Positions 11,651-29,454 of a stretch of DNA of 64,000 nt are shown here, piece after piece (the first letter of the stretch is position 1; each line of letters begins with the position of its first letter). The notes beneath the pieces were generated by a model, which saw only the letters and a list, made by a program, of their open reading frames with translations, was not told where the DNA came from and searched no databases. This DNA is from the human T2T-CHM13v2.0 reference genome, Homo sapiens. The stretch is taken from NCBI RefSeq assembly GCF_009914755.1, contig NC_060931.1. The stretch is one strand, 5' to 3'. Position numbers and translations under genes: made by a program.

Positions 11651-13792
11651 ACATCTCAGATGACTTGTTTTGGTGCTGCTAAGTTGTTGCTAGTTGGTCT
11701 GGCTCATTGGGCTCTCATGGTGGCACCTGTTGTCCTCCTCAGCCATTTGCCACCAGAAGGAAAATCTCTCCACTCTTCATCCCGAACTTAGGTCTGAACC
11801 ACTTCACATGCCTTACCATCATCTCTACACCACCATGCCCAACACACACACACACATACACACACACACTCATGGGGGTTGGGATAGCAGAGGGAATCTC
11901 TGAATGCCTTGCATGCCAGGGTTGGCCACGAGGCACCAGGAACCTCAAGTTTATGCCTCAAAAGCTACTTCTGCTAATACTGCATTACAGCTCTAAATCA
12001 TGATGTCTTACTCAAGTAAATGTGTAGGTTGCTCTGGAGGATCTGCCAGGGAAAGCAGACCACCAGCCCTGACACCCTCAGCTTTCCCAATATGCATCTG
12101 GATTTGCTATGGCAGCCCCCTCCCCAGCTCCACTGCCACAATATTCAACCCAAAAAAGCCACAAGCAAAGACACTACCATTCTCTCTACGTCAAATCATT
12201 TATTTAAAAATACATACTGTATTATCTAACTTTGATTCTAAATATGGAAATTTGCAGAACCCAAATATTGCCCCCAATCCTTAGCCCAGGTACATCATTT
12301 TGGATAAGTCAGAACCTGAGTGAAAAGATAACTGCATAATTTTAACTCTTCCAGTCCCAAGTTCATCCTTCTTTCTATAGTACCTTCTTAAGCATGTCTT
12401 TACTAATTTTTTGATCGTACTCCAATCCATATTTAATTAACAATGGAGCTAAATGACATTCACAGGTGTTTTCTATGTCATAGCCACACTGATCTAAGTT
12501 CAGTAACCCTGGAATTAGAGATAGGGATAGGATATTACATCAGCAGTGAGAAGCACCATGAATGAAAATAGATGCTTACTCACTGCAAAGGAATAATGAT
12601 GCCTCTGCACCTCTGCACTCTGAAATAAAAATGGTTACTAGAATAATGTTTTTATTTTGTACTTAAGCAGAGAACAAATTAGATGTAAGTTCTAAATAGA
12701 AGAAGTCACCAAGGATCCTTTGTATTTCAAGTAAGTTCTTTTTTTGTAGGTACATAGTCATGTAAATTATACATAAATATATATTGCTGAATTAATTTTA
12801 TTTGAATTCGAGGTGGGCTGTCTTTGGCTATTTTAAATTATCTTGGAAAACTTTGGAAATAACACTAGATTTGACAAAGGAATTCAACTTCAATGAATTA
12901 TCTTTGTATGTCTTCTCAAATTAGCAAAACTTATTTTTCTCAATGTATCTTAATATATAGTTTAAGGCCTTCAGAACTAAACAATTTCAGCTGTACAAAA
13001 TTCTATGTTTAGTAAATTTGAGTCATGTACCATAAAAATCACTGTAACTTCTGTTTTATCCTTGGTCATGATATATTTTCCACAAAGTTTAGCAACTGAA
13101 AGTAAAAGAAAGCTTATCTGTTGTGTTATTGTTGGTTGTTATTTGGCTCTGTCCACAGATCACGGGTTTGCCAATTTTTCATTTTCTATGAGCCCTATCT
13201 TCCAATGGCCTTCTGAAATTATTTCAAGATCTGTTTTCAAGATACACTCAGGAATGCACTGGTTCAGTATTACAAAGCTCATCACTGAATTCCTAAAGAT
13301 TACAGTATAGTATCTTGAATTCCCTGGGATTTTCTATACCCCACTGAGTTCCATACCTACTGGATTGACTTGCACTCTTATTGTCTTGAAAATATATTAA
13401 TAGGAGTTTTATATTTTTAAGTCCATTAAACATTCAGATGGCTGCACTCATAATCTACACCATCTCTTTTTTGATCACTGGTCCAAGGATATAACTTTTA
13501 TGGGGTCAGCAACTCTCCACAGCTCTTCCTATAGTGTTTCTTACCTCAGAAAATGGCAGTGTTGTTCTCCCAGTAGCTCAGTCTGAAAACCTTAGAGATA
13601 GCCTCCACCTTTCTCCTTCAGTCATACTCCACTTCTGGTCCATCAGTTTTATTTTCAAATATACTTCAAATCTAATAACTGTTTACTACCTTCACTACTC
13701 CCATCTGGGTCTAAGTCAGCATCACTGCCATGTTAGATTAGTTTCCTAATAGATCTTCATGCTTCCACCGTGAATACCCTTCCATCACTCCC

Positions 13793-13826
<34 letters not shown>

Positions 13827-13869
13827 TTACACCACCGTCAAAACGATACTATAAAATACCTTTACTTAT

Positions 13870-14110
13870 TTATGTAGCACACACTTCCATGGCATTAGTT
13901 TGTGCCAGGAACTGCTCAAAACACTTTACAAATATTAACTATTTTAATACTTATTCTAATCCTATGTAGCAGGGACCATGATTATCCCACTTTATAGGAA
14001 AGAAAACAGAGGCACAGAGAAAATAATAATAATTTGCCCAAAGTCACCCAGCTAACAGGTCAGAAAACCAGGACTCAACCCCGGCAGTCTTAGCTCCAGA
14101 CTGCATTCAC
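13870..14110 (-). mobile_element. MIR inside an L2 (L2 pieces at ~13500-13850 and ~14110-14570)
   Basis: attatcccactttatagg...aacagaggcacagaga...tttgcccaaagtcacccagct; flanking L2 3'-end-like sequence (taagctctgtgaggcaagg...cagtgcctagaa). Confidence 0.7.
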
Positions 14111-14894
14111 TCAGAGCATGTCATTGTCCTGCCTGAGAACACCCATCATCTTCACATCTCACAAAGAGTGAAAGCCCGAGTCCCCAAAGGGCTTACTAGA
14201 GTCTACATATCACTGGTCTACCTTAGACAGACCATGCAGTCTCCCATCTCAGGGTCTTTGATCCTTCCCTCTGCCAAGAACTCTCATCTTCCATGCATAC
14301 ATTTGTCTCGCCCTCTCTCTTCCTTCAGATTCCTGAGCAAAGACCAGTGAAGACTTCCTAAATTCACACCTATGCCTTGCCAAACTTCTTTACTCTGCTT
14401 TATTTTTCTCAGGAGCACTTATTACTGCCTAAATATATGCATTTGTCTGTTTGCTTTTGTCTACCTCCTCCCATTGAAGACGTAAGCTCTGTGAGGCAAG
14501 GGCTTTGTCCTTTGTTCCCTGCTGCATCTCCAGTGCCTAGAATGTAGGAGGCCCTCAATTACCAACTGTTGGACAACTTCAGAATTATTGAACGAATCAC
14601 AAAGATCAATGTGTAGAAGAAACATTTGTGAAAGAGGAAGTAGGCAATTTTGACTTCACTCTTTCTACCCTGCCACTTTGACCCCAGTGCTATTTAGCCT
14701 GACATTTTAACCCTGTTGTTTGCTTTTTGCTTCAACAGGACCCACAATAAAGCGATTCAACATATATAGATGATTAGATTTGTAATGCCATAAGCCAACC
14801 CCGGATATAAAGTAATCCTAAAATGTTTGTGGAAGATTATTCCCAGTTTTCTTATGGTTTTGATAAAATTTAAATATAACACTTTAAATCATGT

Positions 14895-15139
14895 ACAACT
14901 ATAGTACAACTCCGATGAAAAGCAATATGGAGAGTTCTCAAAGAACCAAAAATAGAAGTACCATTCAATCCAGAATCCCACCACTGCATATCTATACAAA
15001 AGAAATAAAAAATCATTTCTCCAAAAAGATACCTGCACTCATACGTTTATCACAGCACTACTATTCATAATAGCAAAGATGTGGAATCAACCTAAGTGTC
15101 CATCAAAGAATGACTGGATTAAAAAAAAGTGATATATGT

Positions 15140-15172
<33 letters not shown>

Positions 15173-15525
15173 CATACACATCATGAAATACCACTCAGCC
15201 ATAAAATATGTCTTTTGCAACAACATGGATGGAACTGGAGGCCATTATTCTAAGTGAAATAACTCAAACAAAAAGTCAAATACTACATGTTCTCACTTAT
15301 AAGTGGGAGCTAAACAGCTAAACATGGACATAGACAGTGAAATAGACACGGGAAATTCAGAAGGGTAGGAGGATGGGACAGGGTTTAGGGATGAGAAATT
15401 ACCTAATGGGTACAATGTACACTATTTGGGTGATGGTCACAGTGAAAGCTCAGACTTAACCACTACGCAATATGTCCATGTAACCAAACTGCACTTGTAT
15501 CCCCTAAAATCTATTTAAATAAACA
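14895..15525 (+). mobile_element. L1PB/L1MA 3' end
   Basis: ...ggaatcaacctaagtgtccatc...gggtacaatgtacactatttgggtgatgg...cttgtatcccctaaaatctat, with an internal (CA)n. Confidence 0.85.
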
Positions 15526-15640
15526 AATCACATATAATTAATATTATTAGTAAAAATAATCAACACAAATATTCTACTCATGGGAAATTTTTTTATAGTT
15601 TAAAACTGTCAAAACCTATATTTCATCAATATAATAGATA

Positions 15641-18770
<3,130 letters not shown>

Positions 18771-18831
18771 ATTAAATAATATATATGTGATTTACACCCA
18801 CAAGAGTAGAGCAAGTAATAAGTATACTTTA

Positions 18832-19238
<407 letters not shown>

Positions 19239-19623
19239 CTAGATAGATAGATACATACATACATACATACATACATACATACATAGATTACATAGCTTTT
19301 ATTGTTCCAGGCACTGTTTTAAGAGCTTTTATAAAAAAGTAACTGATTACTCTCATAAAATATTTTGTGAGTTAGATGCTAACGCTAATATGATCCTTTT
19401 TCACAGATGAAAAGGAAACAGAGAAGTTAAGTAACTTGCTCCAAGTGACACGGTAAGCAGTGACAAAGCCAGAGTTAGAACTTATCAATCTCATTCTAGA
19501 GTCTGTTTGATGCTCTGCCTTCTTTCTAATAATCCTTTATTATTGATTAGAAAATTACAAATTTACATCTTCTTATCAGAATTTAGATCTGCAGAGTTTA
19601 GCACAATCAAGTTAAATGTGTTA

Positions 19624-19957
19624 GAATGAGATCATGTTTTCTGCAGGGATGTGGGTGGAGCTGGAGGCCAATATCTTAGCAAACTAACACAGGAGCAGAA
19701 AACCAAACACCACAGGTTCTCACTTTTAGGTGGGAGCTGAATGATGAGAACACATGGACACAGGGAGGGGAACAACACACACTGGGGCCTATGGGAGGAT
19801 AGAGGGTGGAAGGAGAGCGAGAATCAGGAAAAATAACTATTGGGTGCTAGGCTTAGTACCTGGGTGATGAAATAATCCATACAACAAACCCCCATGACAC
19901 AGTTTACCTATGTAACAAACCTGCACTTGTACCCCTGAACTCAAAAGTTTAAAAAAG
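19624..19957 (+). mobile_element. L1PA13-15-like 3' end
   Basis: aatgagatcatg...ggaacaacacacactggggcc...tacctgggtgatgaaataatc...gtacccctgaactcaaaagtttaaaaaa. Confidence 0.85.
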
Positions 19958-21582
19958 AGAAATAATAGCCACAAAAGAAAACTCACAATGGCAAAAGCTC
20001 AATCAGCACAGTTTGATATGAACTATGATTTAATAATTGCCAGAATTTCCAGTAATTTCCACCAAAAAAGTTGATGGCAGTGAAAACAACTTCTGAAAAC
20101 TAAAATTAAAAATTTTTAAAAATTAAGGGACAAAAAGATGCCATGCAAAATAGTTATTAAAGAGTGAAACAGGTTTCATGGAGTTTGCTTTTAGATACCA
20201 GCCAAGATGGACTCAGTAATGGTATGGTAACAGATAGCAACCACACTTTAGTCTTTCTGTGATTTGAAGTGAAAAGCTCATTGATTTTTATTGAAAGTCT
20301 CAACAGAAGGCAATGCGACAGACATGTAGCATGAATGTCATTGTTTGTGGTGTCAAGCATCTCATATTTCACTGGCCACAGCAAGTCACATGACCAGGTC
20401 TCCCTTTAGGTAAGTTGTGCCATGCCCTGAATACTCAGAAATAGGAGAGCCACTTATTAGCAAGCAGTTAGTTCAATCAAAATTCATCAGCATGTGGTTC
20501 CCAGATAAATATACAAAATTAGCGCTTTGATTACAAGGAAGACAGAGCAGCAGGAAACGTCTGTAGGGCAGCCAACCAACATTTTCTGCCACCATAAATG
20601 TTGGCAATAATAAACTTCATGACAAAGCCAGCATTCATTAAGAGCTCAGAAAATGCCAGGCACTGTGCTTCTTATATGTTTTCTTATTTAATTCCCAAGT
20701 CCTACAAGGGAAGCACATTATTGCCTATGTTACAGAAAGGAAAACTGAAGAACGAAGATTAAAATACTTTTGCAGATCTGGTAAATGTTGAAGCTAAGAC
20801 AAGAACCTAAGCAGTCCGATTAATACCCCTCTTAGAACTACTCCCTCATTGTGCTTCCCTTCTGAATTGCACGATTCAGAGCATAAAGCACTTTATCTCT
20901 GGATATTGCAGGCTTTGCAAGAGTATTCATCTGTGGATCTTGAGTGCAAAATAAAATTTGACCCTGGTGGTTTAGCTATAACTGGAAAGGACAACTTCCA
21001 TGACATTTTCTCGTAAAGCCCGTTGCCAACATCATCGAGAACAGCATGTGCTCTTCCAGATTACAGTGATAAGAAGGTTGATGTTGCTGAGAGCCGCAAG
21101 TCCTGATGAAGCAGCACTTCTCTAGGAGAGGGACGTTTCCGCTGGCCTCCGCTGAATCCTGTGCATTGGCTTCTTAGGGAGGAACTGGCTGAAACTGCTG
21201 GAAAACCACATCCATGGGATTCATGCTGTTGGAAAGGCTGTCAACAGGAAATGGTCAACAAATTGCCCTAAACCCGTGGAGCTTGCAGAGGGGCACTGCT
21301 GCCATTCTGTCTGCACATAGCCATGCTGTCTACTCACTTGAAGACTATAAGACCCCTTCCATTCTAAGGCAGGAGTAATTGAAGAAAAAGGGAATCTCTA
21401 CCTAAATAAGTTGTATTCAAATTATTCATCTATACCTGGGAATTTACGCCAATCATACCAAAATAAAATATAGCTAGTACAACGTCTGGTGTCTGCTGAG
21501 CTGTAAATCTCTTCAACAGGTGCTTGTTGTTATGGGCTGGGAGACACTGATGATAATGCCCTTGAACCATCAACCCCCTCCA

Positions 21583-21620
<38 letters not shown>
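21583..21620. repeat. (CA)n microsatellite
   Basis: Read directly from the sequence. Confidence 0.95.
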
Positions 21621-21621
<1 letters not shown>

Positions 21622-22844
21622 GTCTTCCTTATCTTGCCCTAGGTTTTTTTCAAATCAATTGGATCTCTTTCAACACTCTACACCCCCCTTGGATGCTTTT
21701 TTTCATCCTTGGGGTACAAAAGGGCTCTGTGAGGAGGCCCTTGGGGCTTTTAGTCCAGGCTCTTCATCATTCCGTGGCTGGTCTGCTATTCCAACCCCAT
21801 GATAACCAAGGGATTCTAACAGGCTTCTAGTCTCCCCTGGCTATGCAACAGGTAGGATACTCTAGGATACAACACATCCATTCCTTTCTGTTTGGCAAGT
21901 GGGGAGGACAGAGAGGACTGGGCAGGATTTGGGTTTCTCCCACTAACTCTTACATCATCATATGTTGTGTTGATTTGGGCATAATCTCCACGCCGTGCTA
22001 CCTTCAAGATTTTGTATTCTGATATTCAAAGCCAAGCATTTGAACTTTAAAACACGTTATCTGTCTTAAGCACTTGGCTTTTAAGACTTCTGCCTTTGCT
22101 ACGAGTTTTAAAACCCATTCATCAATCCAACTAACGTCCCCTTTCTAAGCAGTACCTGCTCTCCCCTTGAGAGCAATGTACAAAGAAAATTATACAATGG
22201 GAGAAATGTAATGGGTTCAAAGCTGCCCAGTGGAGGAGCAGGAAGGAGGTGTTGAGAACTCTGAATAATGGTTCTCAACATATTTTTTCTTAGATCTACT
22301 TTCTGGAATGCTGTTTCCTCCTATTTTGAGATTATGCTAATTTATGTTGCATTTAGTATATGCCAGCAACTTCCATGACTTTAACCTTCAGTCCTCACAG
22401 AAACATTATGAGTTGAAGCTTTTATCTTCTTTCACTGATAAGAAAAGGGAGTCCTAGAGACATTCATTAACTTGACGAAGTTCACGAAGGTAGTAGGTGG
22501 TGGAACCAGGCACTGTGTTAGTCCGTGAATGTACGTAGATTAACGATACAAAGATGACTGCATCAACTGGTGTAGGCATCAAACATGTAAATGAATCTTG
22601 GTAGCACGTTTGGCTGGGACTATTATTGAGGTTTACACACATAGGATGGCCATTTAACTAAGCGTTATGGAAGACTTCCTACAGAGATTCACACCTGAGT
22701 TGATTCATGAAGGATAAGCAGAAAAGTTAGACAAGTGAAAAAAAAAAAAAAAAGAGGAAGGGAAAGAAAGGGTATTTCAGGGCCTAGGAATAACATGAAC
22801 AAAAGCACAAGGGCAAGCTGAAATAGAATGTTTTGCTCTCTGTT

Positions 22845-23585
22845 TTAGGCTATTTCTCCAGTTACCTACAAGTGACCCAAAATTTCATACCTTATAACAA
22901 TAGTTATCATGCTCCTAAACCTGCAATTTAGCAGGACCTGGTGGGAATAATTCATCTATGCCCTGTCTGGCATCATCTGGGATAGCTCAAAGGCTGGGAC
23001 TGAATCAACTGAAGGCTCATTTACATGTAAGTTGACATTGGCAGCAGGCTGAGACCCAAGCTGGGTCTGTGGGCTGATAATCCTACACAGTCCTGGATGG
23101 CTCATGTGGCTGGGCTTTCTCACAGCATGTCGGCTGGGTTGCAAACATGAGCATCCCGAGAGATATAAACCATGTGGAAGCCATAACACATTTTAAAATT
23201 TATTTTATTTTTATTGATACATAAGATTTGTACATATTTATAGGGTGCATGCAATATTTTGTTACACAAATAAAATGTGTAATGATTAAGTCAGGGTATT
23301 TAGGATATCCATCCCACAAGCATTTATCATTTCTATGCACTGAGAACATTTGAGGTCCTCATTTCTAACTATTTTGAAATGTACAATACATTCATAACAC
23401 ATTTTTGACTTAGCCTTGTAAGTTAGGCGGTATCACTTCCACCATATTCAATTTGTTGAAACAGCTGCAAAATGCACCCAATTTCAAGGATAAGAGAAAA
23501 GCCTTCAATCCTGAGAGGGCATAGCAGTGTTTTGGAAAAGCATGTAGACCTGGAAATATGGCTGTGATCATTTTTCAAATATACA
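22845..23585 (-). mobile_element. MLT1 (F/H-like) MaLR LTR interrupted by an L1MA 3' tip
   Basis: MLT1-like motifs (catgtggctgggctttctcacagcatg; tcacttccaccatattc) on both sides of the insert. Confidence 0.7.
23195..23392 (-). mobile_element. 5'-truncated L1MA 3' end
   Basis: Reverse complement of an L1MA 3' terminus with a perfect 13-bp TSD cataacacatttt at 23182-23194 and 23393-23405. Confidence 0.85.
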
Positions 23586-26069
23586 ATATAGTATAACTCT
23601 AAACATAAAAGAACAATATAAAAAGCAAATAGAGCCACTTTCCATAGCTACTGTGTCTTTCTCGATATAATCACACTATTAGCTGCATGAGATCATTGAT
23701 TGACTCATTGCTTACTAAGAGGGGGTTACTAGCTAAAGGCCAAGAAAAGAATTTAAGTCATATGCCAGGCATCAGCATGAATTATCCATACAGTAGGCTA
23801 AGCACAGGAAATACTGTCATCACTGCACAAAATGCTTGTTGTGTTTTCTTGGCCACATGGCAAATAACCATTCATAAACTTTCTGTAACAAAGACTAATC
23901 TAGAAATTGTGTCAGAAGGCCTTGAATGTATTCTTGCAATTGAAAGACCATTTCAAGCTATTTGTCCCAGCCACCACAGGGACCTCTTTTACTAAAGGCA
24001 GTGTTAATAAATCTTGACGAAAACTTTCTAATGATTTTGCAGAGCCGTTTCAGTAAAGGTCCTTATTATTTGTGGAAATATCTTCAAAATGACTTGAATC
24101 TTTTACTTCATTTCCACGTCCAACAATCATAGCTCCATGCCATTTAATTGTAACAGATTGTAAAATGCTACATCTTACAAGGCCCAAAATGCAAACGGCT
24201 CCATACTGCAGGTCATGTCAATGAACTGTAAAGTTGCTACACCCTGGCAACTTGGAGGGACACTAAAATGATTAGAACCATCTCTTCTACAGTCATTAAT
24301 TCTAAATCCTCAGCTTCTTAGTCACCGCCTCTCCCCTCTGTGGGCTCATCAGAGACCCAACAGAGAAGCAATTGATTCTTCTCTGTCTCCCACAGTGATG
24401 AGAATAGACATGATGGAGAGCATATGAGGACATAAGCCCTTTTACCACAGAATTTACATTCTAGAAGGAGTGACAGATGTTACGCAATTACATAAGTATG
24501 AAATATAAATGAAAAGGGATAAATGCTGTGATGCAGAAGCTCCTGGTTCTATGAGAGTGTATTGTAAAGAAACTGATGCACACAGAGAGACAAGTAAGGG
24601 GAGAAAAGGGGGAGGAAGAGGGGATGGAGACAGAGAACAACTCAGGCGAGAGCCTGAAGCAGGAGGCGCGTGATGAGTTCAGGGAACTGAAAGAAGAAAA
24701 TGGCATAGCACCAGGATGCTTGGACCTGTGGCCCTAGATGACCTGGGGGGCCCTTGTCCTGAGAACAATGAAGGGCCATTCACAAGGTTTAAGTCTCCAG
24801 ATATTTTAATTCCTTCCATTCAGGAGCATGTCTTCCTCAACGAGAGATAGCCATGTCAGGGTAGCCCAGTCATTTTTTTGTGTTCACCTTACTGGTCTTC
24901 TGCTATAGTTTGTTACCTGGACACTGTAGCGGCTGTCCACTTTCTGTAGTGTATGTGTTCTCCCTAATACGACTCTTCCTTTCTCCTGGATCTATACACC
25001 GCTGACACTTCATCTTCCTAAAGTGCAATTTGCATCACATCACTCTCCTCAGAAACTTTCAGAGGCAAATTCAGGATGGAAGGTAAATTCAAGCACTCCT
25101 CTGTTTTTTCTGTTCCTATACCATCTGTCACCCTCACCAGCAGCTCTACTCTTCCCAGAATGAATCTTCTACTTCACCCAAATTGAGTATTTTTTCCCAC
25201 CATCACACAAATGCTCATGGCATGCCTCCTTCTTGAAATGATCTTGCTTTCTTCCTACCCTAGTCTTAATCATCCATTAGAACAGCACCTGAGTCCCACA
25301 TCTCTAGAAGCTTCCACAGCCAGTGCAGTTTACATTTATTTCTCTCTCTGGATCTGAGAGCTCTTGTTACCTCTGTTCTTCATATTTGTAAGTGGTCATA
25401 AATGAATGCACACTCTTGTGATATTCTGTAACTGTTTAGATAGGTTTATCGTGCTTCTATCAAGGACACAAGTTTTTTCTTATCAGAAGCCACATGTTCT
25501 ATATTACTCATAGCTCTTAGTTGAAGGGTAAACTTCAGGGAAGAGGACAGCAGTCATTCAAGGATCTACACATAAACACTGTAGAATGAGCCATTCTATT
25601 TCATGAGCAACAATGACATCTAGTGGCTGACAGGTTGCATAGCTTCTTCTGACTTTAATAATCGGACAAGGCATTCAGAAAGAGAATATTACAGAATAAT
25701 TAATGAACCCAAGTTATTCCCACCAACTACACTGCTTATGAAGGTATTTCAAATATGGATTTATGTGTTCTGGCTGCCCAAATGCTTCCCCCATCCTCCT
25801 GTGGTCCAACGACCCACAAACTACTGGTAAGAGGTCCCTGCCTGTGCTCCTTGCAAACCGCAACTTCCCTTTCCCGTAGGAAGATCACCAGAAATTTTCA
25901 TGGAGATTATGCGATTTTCAACTTTCTGCTTCCTGTGAAGATAGAGGTTTATGTGGATAAATATTTATTTTGGAAAGAAAGTATGTAATTGAGTAGGAAA
26001 CTTGAGATGATAAATATGATAACCAGAGTAGAAACGCACTTGAAAGCCAAATGAGAGAAAGTCAGTGTG

Positions 26070-26280
26070 GCGTAGAGGAAGTCTGTGGGCTTTGGCTTCT
26101 GAGGGACTTGGGATCGGATGCCAGGTCTTCCCATAAAGTCACGTGATCGTTATGACAGACTGACGTCTCTGGGGCGCCATCTTCGCATCCCAAACATTGA
26201 AGGCGACATATATACAGCCTACCGGGCAGCTTTGGGGAGGATTCGATACAATCCTATATAGTAAGATTTCGGCCTGGAGT
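26070..26280. promoter_or_regulatory. Candidate CpG-rich promoter/enhancer
   Basis: About 11 CpGs in 200 bp. AGGAAGT at 26076, GTCACGTGAT at 26138, TGACGTCT at 26161, CGCCATCTT at 26175 and TATATA at 26209. Motif evidence only. Confidence 0.5.
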
Positions 26281-27289
26281 AGGTAGCCCATAAATAATAG
26301 CTATTCCTATGGTTTTACATTTTACTGGAAATAATTGTCCTCCTCTTTCCAATTTGATATTTTTTAAAACCAAAAACCTGTTTTTTTATCTGAAATTGTC
26401 AATAACTCATTCTGATCTTCATTTAAATTACCTCGTTGCTTCTGATTTCAGAAGTTTATGCTGGAAAATAATGAGGTTGAGGAAAATATCTCAAATCTCT
26501 GAAAATGACCCAGGAATTCTAATCTGCCATAGACCTCAAAATCTGAATAATAATGAAGGGTGTAGAAGAACTGGAGCAGACTATAATTATTGTTATATAT
26601 AGCAGTTGAAAAAGTAACCCTTTTAACTCAAGGAACCTGGCTTTGTGGAGGGAGAAAACAGGCCTAGGAATAAATATGTAAACAAATTATCGCAAGAAAA
26701 TATTGTGAAGTCCTGATTTGTGTGGCCTCCCTGTGGGCAGCACGGGAATCCACAATCACCCTTATAAAATGTTTCCTTAGAAAACATCATCTTGGCCTTC
26801 TAAGCTTTACCTGAACCTAAGGTAAAGGAAGAGCTTGTTTCAAAAGTTTACTTTTTTGCTTATTATTTGGAATGTAGCAAACATTTTTCTTATATTAAGT
26901 ATTATTATATACAATGGTTTATTTCACAGCCAATCCCACAGATTAATGCCAAAGACAGGCTTCAATTACATAACTCCACAAATAGGACTGGTATAGGTAG
27001 CAAAAATGGACAGTGATGTTACTTTGGGAATACAGAATAATAGAATTCCTGGGCGGGAAGAAATTTGAGATCTCCATTCTAAATTCTAAGTGAGTAGATA
27101 AAAAACACACCTTCTCCCAGTTTCAGCTCTGATGTGGGAGCAAATAATCCTCTCCCCACTTAAGACAAATTCAACCTTCTTCCTCTCCTTCTCAGTATTG
27201 TAACAGAAACCACAGGAGGGTGGGGGACAGATGGACAGGAAACCTGCCCCTAATTCTCACTCTTCCATTGTCGGTGGGCAGGGGGGCCA

Positions 27290-27678
27290 TTAGGAGCGTT
27301 AGTCATCCCAAAATCTCAAGGGCGAAAACAACCCGGATCTATTTCATGCTCACGTTAATGACCATTGAAGTTTGGCTGCATCTCTATTCTAATAATTCTT
27401 CCTTCTGGGATTCAGGCTGAAGAAGTAGCTACTAATAAGGACATGCTATTCTGATGGCAGAGGGAAAAAAATTAATTGACAGATGAGATGACTCTTGAAG
27501 TTTCTGCTTAGAAATGACACAGGCCTCTTCCACTCACATTCATCAGTCAAAGCAAGTTACAAGGCTAAGCCGAGGTCAATGGGAGAGTAAGTATACTCCT
27601 CGAAATGGAAGGGGCTCCAGAGAGGGTATAGTAAGGAAGGGCAACAAATAATTTGGACAAATAATCAAATATGCCACA
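27290..27678 (-). mobile_element. MLT1 (I/J-like) MaLR LTR
   Basis: cccaaaatctcaag...cttccactcacattcatcagtcaaagcaagttacaagg...aataatcaaatatgccaca. Confidence 0.6.
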
Positions 27679-27909
27679 TTTATCGAATATAAGCAGACTG
27701 CTTAAGATTACTTAGTCCTCAAACTCAACCAAAAATCAGATATAATAATCCTTTCCAGCCTAGTCTCAGGTTTGCTGTAAAGTCAAGCCTATGATTATGT
27801 CAAAGATGACCACTTTCAGAGATTCTGTCCAATAGGTATCATGTGGAACCCTGGTGTCTGTATTGTTTAAATGCTCCAGGATTGAGAGGCATTCTGGTTA
27901 AGTTCTGAT

Positions 27910-28080
27910 CAATGGTTTCCAAACCTAGCCACTCAGAACCAAGAAAGCTCTTAGAAAATGCACACTTCTTGGCCTTATCCCAAAGATTCTGATTCAGTAG
28001 GGCTTGGTTAGAATTCCGGATTCTGTATTTTAAAAAAGATCCTCAGGAGATTCTGATGTAAAACTAGATAGGGACTCCCT
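27910..28080. mobile_element. MER5A (hAT-Charlie)
   Basis: gattctgattcagtagggc...tattttaaaaaagatcctcaggagattctgatg. Confidence 0.7.
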
Positions 28081-28185
28081 ATGCTATAGGATTCTTTTTA
28101 GCAACAAAATTCTGTAACTTATAATCAGTAACTTCCCCCCTCCCTCGCTCTTTTTGTTGTTTTTGGAGGGAGGAAGGGTGTTCTT

Positions 28186-28617
28186 TGGTGAGCAAGTCTA
28201 TGCAAACTTAACCACAAAGTCCACCAAGCTGAGAGGCCAAAGAAAGAGGCTGACATATCTGGTTTCTCAGAAAGAAACATTTAATGGGGGCTTATGAACA
28301 GAGGCCACGTCACAGGCAGCTGAGAGACAAGATGCTGGATTCCCACCCATACTGTTAGCACTGAGACTCAGGGCTTATATAGCATAGCAAAAGAATGTGT
28401 ACGACAATCAAAGTCAATCTCAATTGGCAAGAAACAGAATGGCAAGAATTTGGTTAAGGACAGAATTTATGGTAAGTATGTCTTTAGGATAATATCAAGG
28501 TTGTTTTGACCTAAAGGCATCATTTACAGTAAGTACAGGAAAATAGAAATCTTTAGGCATTCCCAGAAGTCAACATGGTGGATTAGCAGCCAAGATGGAG
28601 TCCCTTTAGCCTCCACA
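28186..28617 (-). mobile_element. LTR47-like ERV LTR
   Basis: Ends ...agtcaacatggtggattagcagccaagatggagtccctttagcctccaca, the reverse complement of the recalled LTR47 5' end. Confidence 0.65.
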
Positions 28618-29454
28618 GAGGGATTTTTGTTGCTTTGCTTGTACAACTTTATATTTGAAACTTTACTATTTGTATCCCAATCTAATACAAATTTAGATGG
28701 CTGATTTTACCAGGGAAAAGGAGTAGGTACTGACTTGCTCGTAAGGAAGCCAAGGACAATTTTCTCCACGAGAGAAAGAGTTAGGTGACAGAAAAGTAAA
28801 GAGCAAATGTGCTTCAAGTGACGATATAGCACTAACTGCAGACAATAATGATGACGGTGGTGATGATTAAGGCTCCCATTTATTCTGTGATCAAAGAGAC
28901 ATTTAACACGAAATATCTCTTTGAATCTTCAGGACAGCCTAATTAAGTAGGAAATGTTGCATCCACCTTAATGATGAAAGATGTAGGTGCCAGAAATGTT
29001 AAATTACACAGCCCAGAAATGATAAAGCAGGATTCATGCTTACATCTGCCTAACTTCAAAGCTCAGGATCTCAGCCACTACACTGTACAGACATCAGTGT
29101 CCCCTAAGCCTTCCAGGAAATTCCATCTGAAAGACCATAGGAAAAGAAAGAGGAAAAGCCAATGATAATAAAAGTGTCAAGGAAGCAATAAATTTCACTT
29201 TGTAACACCTCCCAAGTTGCAAAATGTCAGTGGACACCCCTCATTGCTGTGTCCCAGCCAGCTCTGCCCCACCAGCAGACCTCCCTTTCTGCTATTATCC
29301 CTGCAGAGGCAACACCCTAGATCAATGACCACAAATGTCACCACACTTTATCACTTACTGTGTGCTTTCATAGCAATCTCATTTACTATCCTCAAAAACA
29401 CAAGTATTTCATACAGAAGCCAAGAATAATAAAGATTGAGCTGATTTATCTAAA

